This document shows positions 34,602-47,998 of a stretch of 64,000 bases of DNA, piece by piece. The position numbers and the translations under genes were made by a program. The number at the start of each line of letters is the position of its first letter. Position 1 is the first letter of the stretch. The notes under the pieces were generated by a model. The model had not been told where the DNA came from. It worked only from the letters and a program-made list of their open reading frames with translations, and searched no databases. The DNA comes from the human T2T-CHM13v2.0 reference genome, Homo sapiens. The stretch lies in the NCBI RefSeq assembly GCF_009914755.1, contig NC_060936.1; one strand, 5' to 3'.

Positions 34602-35058
34602 TGTGATGATTAATACTGAGTGTCAACTTGATTGGATTGAAGGATACAAAACAGTGATCCTGGGTACGTCTGTGAGGGTGTTCCCATAGAAATTAACATT
34701 TGAGTCAATGGGCTGGGAAAGGCAGACCCACCCTTTATGTGGGTGGGCAACATCTAATCAGCCACCAGCACAGCTAGAATATAAAGCAGGCAGAAAAACA
34801 TGAAAAGACTAGACTGGCCTAGCCTCCTACCCCCTACATCTTTCTCCCATGCTGGATGTCTTCTGCCTTCAAATATCAGACTCCAAGTTCTTCAGTTTTG
34901 GAACTCGGACTGGCTCTCCTTGCTCCTCAGCCTGCAGACGGCCTATTGTGGGACCTTGGGATCGTGTGAGTTAATACTTAATAAACTCTCCTTTATATGT
35001 GTGTGTGTGTATGTGTATTCCATTAGTTCTGTCCCTCTAGAGAACCCTGACTAATACA
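34602..35058 (+). mobile_element. MLT2A (HERV-L) solo LTR, complete
   Basis: TGTGATGATTAATACTGAGTGTCAACTTGATTGGATTGAAGG...GTTCTGTCCCTCTAGAGAACCCTGACTAATACA; 5-bp TSD CTAGA at 34597-34601 and 35059-35063. Confidence 0.93.
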
Positions 35059-35062
35059 CTAG

Positions 35063-35575
<513 letters not shown>

Positions 35576-36064
35576 TAATTCAACTTAAATTTCTAACTCT
35601 AGATCTAGAAAAGATTTAGATACCCAGATCTACAGATACAGATATAGACATATATACAAAAACAAAAAAAATATACATACACATATATTTCCTCTTCTGC
35701 ATTGAGTATGTTATTTGTAGGCTTCTTCATATTGCAGATTAAATATGTAATTAAAAACTTTTCCACAGACATTATAAAAAAACTACAGATATTCCTCATG
35801 AAAATATATGCTGCATTTTAATAAAATATGCCAATAAAAACTCTATAAATGCTTGAATAGCTTTGTGTTAGAGATAGAGAAAAGAGTGGAACTATCATGT
35901 TAACATTGGTTTCTTCAGAGAGATTAAAGGTGGTAAGGAAATCTAGTTCTTCACCTGTGTATTGCTTGAAAACAAATACACATACATTCATTTTAAAAAT
36001 TTAAATATTTTTAAATTAAATTTTTAAGTGATTCTACTTTATCATTTATGACAATAGGAAATTT

Positions 36065-36680
36065 TGAATTCAGCATACTTATTTAACACCTACTAAGTCT
36101 TAGGCCTTATATATGGTGCTTGGGACACAACAATGAATAAGATACAGTATCAGTCTTCAATGATCCTCAATGTAACTGAGTGAGAACACATACCTAAACT
36201 ACAGCTGCAACTAGTATGCATGGCTGTGAAGAGCATAAACCTCCTTCCTCAGTATGACAGCACCTCACATAGCATCTGGCACACAGCAAATATTACTTAA
36301 TAAGTGTTTGATGAATGAATAAATGAATAATGTGTATGGTGCGGTGGGACACAAAGGGAAAGTGGACCATTCTACCTGGCAGGTTGTGGGGAGTACAGTT
36401 TAAGGGATGCATAGAGGAGATGCTTTAATTCGCCTTTCTGAGTTGTCGGTGTTCATCAGAGCTGCTATGGAGTAGATGTAAAGAACTGCAGGTAAAGTGA
36501 GCTGCATATAAAAAGGTGAAATCACACAGCATGATTAGGGAATGGAAGTTCCTCACCACAATTGCAGCACACAGTAAAAAGAGATGGCTGGGTCTGAAAA
36601 TCTGTCAGGAAAGGAGATAAGGGATGGCTTCATTTGCTATGATAAAGCATGTGTGTTAGAGTGAAGATCAGAGAAAGCAC
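36065..36680. mobile_element. L2 relics (antisense copy with a short sense 3' tip inside it)
   Basis: TTCAGCATACTTATTTAACACCTACT...GGGACACAACAATGAATAAGATACAG; GCATCTGGCACACAGCAAAT...TGAATGAATAAATGAAT. Confidence 0.6.
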
Positions 36681-37316
36681 AGGAGGAGGATTGTTACAGG
36701 CAAAGGAGTATTCCTTCCTCTGATTACATATATATGGATATAAATTCATATGTCTATATTATATCTAATATTGTGTATATATGCATATTTGCGTATGTTA
36801 GGATCATGATTGTTCATCATACTCTTTCTCTATTAAATAAGAGACAGGAGGAGAGTAAATGTGAGGTTAGCTTCAGCTAAGGTGCTTGAAGACAACGTAG
36901 AGGATTTGTAATTTCTGTATTCATTGTATAAGTCTCTTGGGTCTTTAGGAAAAGGTACCAAAAAAGAAAATCAAAGCCAAATGGTGGTGCTTGTATTCTT
37001 ATCCTGGTGTCTAGTTATGGAAGGAATGACAGAGCAGTTGCCTGAGAAAACAATGTCATGGCTGCCCCTTTGAACTTCAGGCTTTTATGATAATGGCCTC
37101 AACACTTGCATTGAAGTAGAAACTGTCTCCTACAAAATACCAACTCTCATAAGTAAATATGAATGTGCAAACTGGAGTATCCAGAATTCATTTTTATTTA
37201 TCTTACACAATTTTACCTCATTCCAAATGGCACATATTTTGACACTGATAACGTAAATTCTATTGACTTGAGAGTTTCAGGAGGGGAAATGAGAACATGA
37301 GGTATTTTGCCAAATG

Positions 37317-37508
37317 ATTTCTCTTTTTATTTCACAGTAAGCTGTTGGCCCAACTACCTCTGCCCCTCTTCTATTTTAGAGGTGTTGAGATTAAAGAGTG
37401 GGAGCTTATTTCCCCCTGAACTCTGAAATAAGTATGAATTTCAGTTCACAAATATAATTGTTGAAGTTATAAAATTTGGTTTATTTTCTGTAATTCAACT
37501 TAATTTCT
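37317..37508 (+). repeat. Second (probable donor) copy of the ~200-bp duplication
   Basis: See 35063-35263. Confidence 0.92.
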
Positions 37509-39029
37509 TACACAGAGCCCTTACACCACCACTGATGGGAACCTTGATCACATAAGCTTTGAGGACTTCTTTCCTGTGGTTCAACTCCAGCTTCCCTTCC
37601 AGAATCTTACACAAGGCATGGTGGTTGGGGAATTCAAGTGGAGGAAGGGGAAGCAATCTGCTCTCTAGTCACTTGGATATGATGAACTTCTCTGGAACAT
37701 CCATTATCTCCATCTGCCTGAAACCAGATTCAGATTCAGAGAATCTCCAGATTCAGAGATTCTCTGCTATTCTGAGCCACTATTCAGGCATAAAAATCCT
37801 TTCCCATACTGCATACAGGGGCCATTTTTTCCCTGGACCTTGTTGTTTTGTAATGTACAGTTTTTCCTCTGCATTTGGGACACAGACCGCTCTATTTCAT
37901 TTCTCATTTCTCCCCCACCCCAACCCAGAGTTCTCTTTATAAGGATATTTGGTGTATGTGTGTTGGGGGGTGTTGTTTTGTGTACTAGTTTATTGCAAAA
38001 AAACCCATCTATGCTTTCAAATTCCTTCTTCCAAGTGTTGAGATATTTTTTTTTTAAACCAAAACTCAGAAAGACTCATGGTGAGTTAGGGGATAAGAAA
38101 AAGAGAGTACCTCAAAATGTTTACTCACCATGTTTTTGTCTATCATAGCCTTCCGTTTTGCTGGACTATAATAAAATTGGTAAAGAACTTTGGCATCCAT
38201 AAATGTCCTTTTGTTGGGAGAAGGACTCCTATCATACACCTACTGGCTAAAGCTCAGTTTGATTTAACCAATGCTTACTGAACTTTTCCTGTTTGTAATA
38301 TACTTTGCATAACACAAAGTTGAAGAAAAATAAGATGCTTGTCCTAGAGGAATTTGCAGTCTAGTGAAGAAGAAAGACGAGAACATAAATAACAGTAACG
38401 CAAAACCTGAAATGATTAATTGGCTCACAAGAGTCATAAACAAAGAGTTCTGACTGTACTGAGAAGGCAATTAATTTAAATCAGGTAATTGAAGAATACT
38501 TCAGACCAGCATTGAGTCATAGTCTACCAGAAAGAGAATATTAACAACTCTCTGGACATTTCTTCTGCTCTATGGGTAATTTGGAGCTGGGGTACAGAGG
38601 ATTATTCTGGTTCTTCGACCCCTGCATAACAGCATTTGTGTGCTTTGGAGAGTCCAGAGCTTAAAGGTAGTTTTATGCTCAAGGATTCTTCTCATACATC
38701 TTCACTCACTGTTAGAGGTCCCTCTCGCTCCCACCTCACCCCATCCATCAGTCATTATCTGCTATTCTAAAGCTTATGCATTTCAGAATCTAGGTCAGTC
38801 CTTCTCTTGCCATCTTGTCTTTTGGTGGTGGTGGTAGTATGTGTTTGTTTCTCTCTGTATTTTTTGTGTGTGTGTTTCCATTAGCTCTTTTTTTCCCCAC
38901 CTGAAAAATTGATTTCAAATTTTGAAGAAGTTGGTGCTTGGCATTTTCTGCTAACAACACTTTGGTCAGAAGCCTTTGGAAAATGAAATGTTCACATGAC
39001 AGAAAAGGAACATGAGATTTCCTTTAAAA

Positions 39030-39512
39030 ATATGAAAACCTTAAATGTATATTACAAAGTGAAAGAAGCCAATCTGAAAAGTCTACATACTGTATGATCC
39101 CAGCTCTGTGACATTCTGGAAAGACAAAACTATGGAGACAATAAAAAAAAAAAAAAAGAAAAAAAAATCAGTGCTTGCAGAGGTTAGGGTGGGAGGATGC
39201 AATGAATACACAGAGTATAGACAATGTTTAGGGCTGTGAGACTATTCTATATAACACTACAAAGATAGAAACGTCATTATACATTTGTCCAAACCCATAA
39301 AATATGCACCAAGCTTGAACCCTAATGTAAACTATGGACTTTGGGTGATCATGATGTATTAATGCAGGCTTACTAATTGTAGCAAATGTAATAATACTCT
39401 GGTGGGGGATGCTGATGGTTCGGGAGGCTGTAGCGGAAAGGGGTACAAGGGAACTCTGTACTTTCTACTTAATTTTGCTATGAAACTAAAACTTCTCTAA
39501 AAAATAAAGTCT
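39030..39512 (+). mobile_element. L1MC1/2-like 3' end
   Basis: AGTGAAAGAAGCCAATCTGAAAAG...ACCCTAATGTAAACTATGGACTTTGGGTGAT...AAAAAATAAAGTCT. Confidence 0.85.
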
Positions 39513-41289
39513 GTTCAAGAAGCTAAAAAATTAGTATGCACTGTTCTCTCTGCCCCACTTCTCACAAATTAGTGATTGCTCTCACACTCACCTAGTCACA
39601 GTACTATCTTCTGATTGTGTATGAGTCTCTGTTGTCTGTCAACCTGGGTAAGTGAAATTGTCTTTCACTTGGCAGAACATAAGTGGTAAGGAAAATCTTT
39701 GACTATCTTGGTCCACATGAAAAAAAAAAAAGATTCACTTGATTTTGCTTCCTACAATAAGTATTGTGCCTTGATGTATACTTCAAAGAGACATGGCACA
39801 GATAGAGAAAGGGCAAAAAGAAAGAAAAAAAAATCAATATGGGAAAATATCATTTCTGATTGCTGTGAACCATTTCAATGTTCCCTATTTGTTTTATCAA
39901 TCAAAGAAAGACTCTGATGGTATACAGGCTTATTCAGCACCATAGAAAATGTGTGTTTATGATGTCCAGAGAAGACAGTGTGTCCTGGCCAGTCACCATG
40001 GTAACCTCTAAAAGCAAAGATTATGTCTGATTAGGTTGCCCTTCTCAGGAGGAACTGACCAGAAAAAATCTTTTGAAAAGTTTAAAATGAAAGGTAGGAA
40101 GATACTGGTACTAATTTTGCACAGCTGTTCTCCTCCCTGACTCCCTTAATAAGAGTGACTCACGCTATTTTCTAGAACCTTTTTTCAATCCCATAGAGAG
40201 CTTCCAAAGACATCCTCCCCTTGTTGAAAATGTACCTCAGCTCAGTCCTTTGTGGTTATTGTCACCACAGCCCATAATCAGAATTCCTGATACCTTTGTG
40301 ATTGCCTGTAAAGAGATTAATGAATGTTCCGAAAGAAACAATTAAGGAAATAAAAGAAGTGAAACATAATCTGCTCTGAAAAAGTTGTGAAAGGAAGCAA
40401 AAGCTCAATCATGCCTCTCCTTCAGTGATTTGGAAGGCGAGCAAACGCCAGCAAGGTGGAAATATTGAAGAAGCCGGAAGACTACTTAATGTCATAGTTA
40501 ATTTGTGGAAGTTATTAGTGCTCTTTGTATTAAAAATAATCCTTTTTGAGCAAGATTTGTGTTTTTCTCAAGCTTCTACAGCTAATACTAGTGCCTTTAA
40601 AGCAGAGGGTATATCAGCTATTCTGCTTTCGATTTCATTTTTTACACAATGTAATAAGTGAAATTATTGGGGAGTTACTAACATAAAGAGAAGTATCAAG
40701 TAGAGGAAATGATAGGTGTACTCCTACTTAACTGAGATGGTATATTCTTACTGGACTGATAGAATATTCTAGACTGGCAATATAATTTATGTAAAGTCTG
40801 CAAAATATTTGCAAACTTTTTGGTGTTTAATAGACCTAAAAAATGGGTGGCATTAAATGTCACTGTAATCATTTACATGGTAAATGTGATTATTTATTCA
40901 ATTTATTGCATTAAAAAATCTGCATTTGAGCAAAAGATAAAAGCTAAGAGTCATTCTTTTCTCTCTTTTTATTGAAAGTAAATAGCTTTTTAAATTATAC
41001 ATGATTATTATAATAAATCTGTGGGAAATGTGGTAATATATATACAATTAAAACTGCACAACCCCTTTGCCTACAGGTTGATTTCCACGTGTACATGAAA
41101 ATGTGTTAGATGATTCTCATTGAAGCAAAAGATACAAAGCTATATAAATGCCCTCTGTGGGCACCAGGTTTAAAAATTATGATGTATCCATATGATGTAA
41201 CACAATGTTGTTTTCAAAAAGAGTGAGAACCTGCTATATAGGTCAATAAGGAATATTATCCAAATATCTTAAATGATGATGCAGCAAAT

Positions 41290-41510
41290 ACATAATGTCT
41301 ATGATGTGTCAGATATATTCTAAATGCTTTTTGTGTATCAAATAATTTGATCCTCACGACAACTCCATTAAGTAAATACCCTTATAAGTCCCATATTATA
41401 GAAGAGTAAAGAGAAGCACAGAAAAGTTAGGTAACCTGCCCAAGGTAACACAGCTAGCAAAGGGTAATGACAGGTTTTGATCCCACAGTCTGACTTCAGA
41501 GTCTGCTGAG
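41290..41510 (-). mobile_element. MIR (flanked by L1ME-like relics)
   Basis: ATCCTCACGACAACTCC...GCACAGAAAAGTTAGGTAACCTGCCCAAGGTAACACAGCTAG...CAGTCTGACTTCAGAGTC. Confidence 0.8.
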
Positions 41511-41620
41511 TAATACTGTAAAGCAACTGTCAGAACAGTGCGTGTAATATATTGCTAGTGTATGATTAAAAGAATATACATATACATACACACATACATA
41601 TAAATACATACATATATATA

Positions 41621-42165
41621 CAGTTGATCCTCATTATTCATGGGTTCTTCTACTTGCTAAGATATATTTGTATTAATAACTCCAAAATCAATACTTGCAG
41701 AACTTTCTAGGTTAAAGAAGGCAATGCTCTGCCCTCTTATTTCAGCTTCCATACTATAAACAAGTGTCCTTTTCATGGTCTATTTAGTGCCAAATGTTTC
41801 TCATTTTTGTGCTTTTTTGCTGGTGATTTTACTGTTTAAAATTTCCCCCAAGCATAGTGTTGAAGTGCTGTCTACTGTTCCTAAGCACAAGAAGACTGTA
41901 ATGTGCCTTATGGTGAAAATATATGTGATAAACTTTGTTTGGGTATGAGCTATAGTGGCTGTGAGTTTAATGTTAATGAATCATAAATAAGATGCCTTCA
42001 TACACAAAAACACACAAAACAAAGTTACGTATAGATCAGATGATGACACTGTTGTGACCAAAGGCTTTCAGAAACCTAACTCTGTATTTCCCATAGGAGC
42101 AATGGTACAGTAGTGACTAATTCAGTGTTCACAAAGACTATAGAACACACCTACTGAAAACAAAC
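41621..42165. mobile_element. MER82 (Tigger-derived DNA transposon) with internal deletions
   Basis: TA|CAGTTGATCCTCATTATTC...AAACAAGTGTCCTTTTCATGGTCTATTTAGTGCC...GTATTTCCCATAGGAGCAATGG. Confidence 0.8.
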
Positions 42166-43520
42166 ATTTTATATTTTTATATATATATATATATGTATGT
42201 ATATATTGCCTAGCAAAATCTTACAAAAATGATGAACTATAAACTGTGGGTGTCTTTGAGAGGGAAATTAAGGTACTGGAGTTCAGAAATGGAAGATTTA
42301 CCTTTCACCTTAAGAAATTTTATCATGTATATTCTTCATGAAAATATTTTTATGTAAACCGTACAGAGAAAGAAAAAGTTTTCCAAACTTCTGCCTAATC
42401 CCAACTTCCTGCAAATAGTTTCATAAATAATTTTTAGGCTTTTAAAATACAAATAGAAATATATTATTATATTCTATAGCATCTTTCTTTTTGAAACTTT
42501 ATATGCTGAACTTCTAAATCAAAACATAAATGACTACCTATTTCTCCCTTTCTATGTCCCACCAAAAAGAAATAAAGCCCCACAGTCTCACACTAAGAAA
42601 CAGAATCATGGATTTCTTTTTCCAGACTGTCCACCTACGACTGGCATTTCTGCAAGAGTCCTGTAACAACATTTTGAAGATAAAATCATGCCATGACTCT
42701 GAAATTGGAAGTACAGAACATATAAGAAAATAAATCAAGAAATGAGGGGAATCTCCCGAAAGGTTTTGCTAATTTTTATATTTTCACTTCTTAGCTCCAA
42801 CCAGAGAATTTTTATTACAATAGAAGAGAAAATAATTTACTCCAAGTCAGTCACATATTAAGCATTTTCTAGATTTTACTTGGTCTTCATACTACTAAAA
42901 GGTGATATAATTATTCCTATTTACTGATAGAGAAAATAGGCTCTGAATGATTAGGCAGCTTTCGCAAATCAAATCATTCATGTCTCTTGAAAGCAAGATA
43001 AGGAGCCCTTTCCTATGCTCATCTTCAGGTGAATGTCCATAAATATTTTTGTACCAATTCTAATATTTGACTGTCATATCTGCAGGTTACTGGACCACTT
43101 TTTATTGTGATACTTAATTTATACAACATTAAATGGCCTCCAGTGTCCTCAAAGACTGCCTAGCAGATGTAATGTGGATATCCCAGAACACAATAATTAG
43201 ACTTTTAGAGTCACAAACACACACCGCTCATTATATTAGAAACTGAAACTCTAACCATTTCAGTACTGCTCTTCACGAGGGTTAAGATATTGATTTTGTT
43301 GTTTAAAAAAACAAAAACAAAACAAAGCAAAACAAAACAAAAATGACCTCCTTAAGATACTGACACCTAGGTTTAAAGGAAAAAAGTGCTGCAAACTTAG
43401 AGCTACTTAAGATAATGGCTTCTAGAACTGAGTTAAGTTGAATACAAATGAAGTCAAGGAACAGTTCTCAGGATCGTGCTGTATTTAAATTAGACCTACT
43501 GGCATATTTAATGTTTGAAT

Positions 43521-43552
43521 TGTAATACGCACTGATATCCTCTAGAGGGAGA
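43521..43552 (+). promoter_or_regulatory. Candidate CTCF site (core plus upstream motif)
   Basis: TGTAATACG-N6-TAT-CCTCTAGAGGGAGA vs TGCAGTACC-N5/6-TGG-CCASYAGRKGGCR; motif match only. Confidence 0.35.
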
Positions 43553-44602
43553 ATGAAACAAGAATAGGCAAATTATTTATTTTAAAAAGTGGGTGAATTT
43601 GAATAATCCTGAAAATTGTCCCGTAACAGAAAGAAGTCATTTAACCAAATCTGTCATAAACAAACCACAGACTGGTTAATTTTATTGTGGTATATTTTCT
43701 AAGTAGCTGAATTAGCTTCTATAATAAAGACCCTATTTTTAGTTTTCTATTAATTTTGAATTAGAAAAAAAAGCTACATGCACACACCCACAAAATTTCA
43801 CCCACTTTACTACTTATAAATTGCAAAAACGTCTATATTATAGCGTAGATAATGACCTGCTTAAAACACTTTCTAAAAACTGTGCATTTCATTCTTAGTA
43901 TTCATAAAATAAACACAATGCCCATCTACCCAAATATAATGTGACACAGCCTAAGAAAAGGAGGCATTCTGCAAAGCAAATTACCAAAGGCTACATAAAA
44001 TACTTCATAAGGTTAAATATCAGAATAATTATTCCTCTTCCCGTCACAATTTTCTTAGGATGGTCAATGTTCTGCTAAAATCATCCAATCTTTTAACGTT
44101 TGGAGACCCAGAGAAAAAGCACCAAAATAAGTGTTTATGTGCATTGTACAAGAACTGAAATCCAGGTAGCTTCACTGTTATTACAGAATCTGAAGAAATA
44201 AACATCCCACAGAGATGAGATCACTATCTCCAGAAATAAAGGTTTCCAAAAGAAAAACAATTGTGAAAGGAAATTATCCTCTTTACTAACAATATGGTGA
44301 TCAGCCATTCCCGCTTTCTCCTGATGATGAGGTGATGTCACCGGTCAGAAGCACTGGCCTATTTTCTGTACTGCCTATGGTGGGTTGGATTGGATGAAAA
44401 TAAACATCTTACATAACAGGCCGGCTGTGCTCTCTGTCTTTTTTTTTTTTTTTTTCCAAAGAGATTTTCCCAGCATGAATTCAGTGTGTACAATTAACAT
44501 TGGCCAAATTTCAGCTGAAAAATCTGTTAGGTTTATAAGCAGATTCACAAATACAGCTTATGTATGCTGCCTCCCATTCCTCTACTAGCCTAGCTCCTTT
44601 TT

Positions 44603-44605
<3 letters not shown>

Positions 44606-44641
<36 letters not shown>

Positions 44642-44650
44642 CACACACAC
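44606..44650. repeat. (CA)17 microsatellite followed by a CAC-rich tract
   Basis: Seen directly. Confidence 0.95.
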
Positions 44651-45844
44651 AACACCACCACCATCACCACTGACATCACCTCACCCCCACCACCTCCACC
44701 CCTCCTGTAATCAAAACAGCTTTCTACCAACAGAAAAGGGACAACAGGCAAGTTAAAATTGAAATTGGTCTTTGAACAGCAGAAACAAAATAGAAGATTG
44801 CAGATTAGAGCCATTGTCTTGTCCCAGTAATATAAACCAGACCCCCCTCAGTGCTTATTTTCTCAGAATTGAAGAAGATAAATCAAAGATTATGAGCCTA
44901 ACCAAAAAGAGGCATCCTTATGCTAGTGGCTTTTACAGTCATAAAAAGAGCAAAGCCAGAAGTGAGTATTTTCAATTGTCATTTGTAATAATTAGTAAAA
45001 ATACTGCAGTTTTCTGTCATAAATCCTGTTGTACGTGGAGGGATTTATTAATCTTTAAGCTTTGGTATTTATTGTAGACGCTACTTATACAGAGGAAACA
45101 TAAAACTAAAGGACTCAGCTTGATTTTCCTAATTCCTGAAGGTAGAATAAAATCAGAGATGCCAAAGATCTGAAAGAAACATGTGCTTGAACAGCCTGGA
45201 TAGAAGCTCATTTAAAATCAGCAATATAATTCACAGTGGGGTTTGGATGGAATACTTTAACTGACCTAGTGGTCTTAGTTTCAGAGAAAATCCGTCATAC
45301 AGTCTAAACTTAGTAAATATCTGAATATCTATCATATGCCTAACAAATGGCAAATATTGATTAACTTAAATATTATAGAGTTGAACTTAGATGATGAGAT
45401 AATTCTTTGCATTGTTAAGCAATAAAAAACATTACTAATTTGTAGGCCAAGACAGAAAAATGATTCAGAGTGAATGCAAAGGAGATGATGAATTAAGATG
45501 ATCTGATCCTTCCTGTCATAAAAAATAATCACCATTTTTCTAACCCAAATAAGAGCCACACTGAAAAGGGCTGAAATGCAGCTCTCTTTTACTTGGTGCA
45601 TATACTTAATGTCAAGTCAAGAAAGCCAGTCCTGTACCTGTATATGCCTTACTGTGTATCCATTTACAGTTGCTGATCTATGTTTACAGGCTACTCTATC
45701 TCTTAGAATGTGCTTCAGTATGTTATATATGTACTTAATATATACCAGTAATACCCATTTGTTTGAAGATAGAATATGCATGTGAAGAATTAGCTGTAAT
45801 ATTTTGGAAATATAATTAAATTTGCATTCTAAATACTTGCATTT

Positions 45845-46020
45845 AAATCTCAGCTTTGATTGTTACTGACAGTAAAACCTTAGACAATTAATTGTGCTTC
45901 TCTAATCTTCAGCTCCCTCATCTGTAATGTGAAGACAATTATGTTTTTAAGAGATGTTGGGAGGAAAGAAAGAAAACACGTACAATGGATCCAACACAGT
46001 GCACAGCAAATAGTTGAATA
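45845..46020 (+). mobile_element. MIR
   Basis: AAATCTCAGCTTTG...CTTCAGCTCCCTCATCTGTAATGTGAAGACAAT. Confidence 0.65.
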
Positions 46021-47461
46021 TCCATGTATGTGTGTATATGTATGTGTATATATACATAACTTTGAATGATCAAAGCAATATATATTCATTGAGTAATTTT
46101 GCAAGGAAGCAATATTGAATTATTTAACATTTAACAATAAAGGAAAAATATAGCTTTTTAATTTCTTAGAACAATTACTTATTTACTTGACTTAAAGGAT
46201 GATAATGACCCATAATTTTTGTATATGTATAGTTATTTGCATTGAATGGGTAGTATTCAAATTAATTTTCAATTGTTGAATCAAACAAATATGTTTGAAT
46301 GCTTATTTTATGTTTAATAACAGAAGAGGGGAAAGAATTATTTCAGCAGTTTATTGTCTTCCAGGAGATTTCAAAGTTTTGGGAGAGATGATACATTAAA
46401 GAAACACTTATAAGACACTTAGTAATTATCTTATTATATCAGATGTAAGTGTTCTAGGAGGCAAAAAGAAATGTTGGTAAATTAAGAACAGTTACTGCTT
46501 TTATGTGCATTTATAAAATGGCAAAAATCTGTTTATTTTATGAAAGAAAATTCTTTATGAATATCTAATATGAAATTATGATCTCTTGAAATATCTTCTA
46601 TACATTTAGGAGAATAATGTTTCTTGAAGTAAGTATTTTTTGACAGTGCTAAAAAACTCAAATCTCAGTAGGTTTACAGTTGAAAATAATTTAAAAGAAA
46701 CAGCAAAAAAGATGAACATCTTCAGAGAAATATACTTGTAACAAGTTAATATCTTTAAAAACTACATATACAAAATAGTAATGTATAGAACATATTTTCA
46801 AGTTATAGTTCTGTGAGAAAATTAAAAATGTGGAATCACGGTCCTTTTTTTACAAGCTTTGAATTACCATTTTTAAAACTGGTGGTGAAAGCTGATTGAT
46901 TTTACTAGAGTTTTAGTTTGCTATTTTTGAGAAAATTCTGACTGAAGGAAATATAGGTTTTATATACTCTGGACAAGAAGGAAGAAACCCAGCTTTTTCT
47001 TTGTGTAGAATCTCAAGTCCAGATGCTGTTTTTTTTCTTCATGAAAATTCATAGTGTATCTATTATAGCTTCCTAATTAAAGTCACACATGTATGAATAA
47101 TGTTTTGAAAATCAGTCACTATCCACTTTACATATGTTAACATATATTATGTTTTAGAGTCATTTTTTGCCAAAGAGCTCAGGGTGCTACATAACTTACA
47201 TGAAGTAGCAGTACTACTAATGTTTTGCTCATTGATTAGCTTCAGGAATTTTATAATGATGAAAAGTGAAAAAGCTAGAGTTTAATATTTTCTAAAACCC
47301 AATTAAATTCTGTGACTATAAAAGTGTTGTTTCATTTTCTTATGCTTCCAAAAAGCTGTACCTTTTAATTAATTCAACAAATATAATTTTTAAATATCTA
47401 GTTAATGCCAGTCACTCTTGAAAACATCTGGACTATATCTGTGAAGAAAGCTGACAAAAAC

Positions 47462-47785
47462 GGCCGAGCGCAGTGGCTCACTCCTATAATACAGGCACTT
47501 TGGGAGGCCGAGGCAGACAGATCACCTGAGGTCAAGAGTTCAAGACCCGTCTGGCCAACATGGCGAAACCCCGTCTCTACTAAAAATACAAAAATTAACT
47601 GGGGGTGGTGGTGAGTGCCTGTAATCCCAGTTACTCAGGAGGCTGAGGCTGAGGCAGGAGAATCGCTTGAACTCGGGAGGTGGAGGTTGCAGTGAGCCGA
47701 GACTGGCCACTGCACTCCAGCCTGGGTGACAGAGCTAGACTCTGTCTCAAAAAAAAAAAAAAAAGAAAAAAGAAAAAAGAAAAGA
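47462..47785 (+). mobile_element. AluSx/Sz-like, full length, inserted in an antisense L2
   Basis: GGCCGAGCGCAGTGGCTCA...; 17-bp TSD AAGAAAGCTGACAAAAA (47444-47460, 47786-47802); internal GGCTGA duplication. Confidence 0.95.
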
Positions 47786-47862
47786 AAGAAAGCTGACAAA
47801 AATATTTCTACTCTAGCTTCCATCCTGGATCAATGGTAAGTTAGAAATACAACAAATAAGTT

Positions 47863-47998
47863 AATTGTATAACATATTCGAAATTGTATAACATATTCGA
47901 AATTGTATAACATATGTAACAAAACTGCACATTCTACACATGTATCCCAGAACTTAAAGTATAATAAAAAAAAAAAGAAAAGAAAAGAAAAGAAAGAA
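47863..47998 (+). mobile_element. Very short L1PA 3' tip with A/GAAAA tail, preceded by a 19-bp tandem repeat
   Basis: (AATTGTATAACATATTCGA)x2.7 runs into TATGTAACAAAACTGCACATTCTACACATGTATCCCAGAACTTAAAGTATAATAAAAA. Confidence 0.85.

Noticed and set aside
40445-40465. CTCF-like CCAGCAAGGTGG
   Set aside because: It needs a 1-bp gap or three core mismatches to fit the motif.
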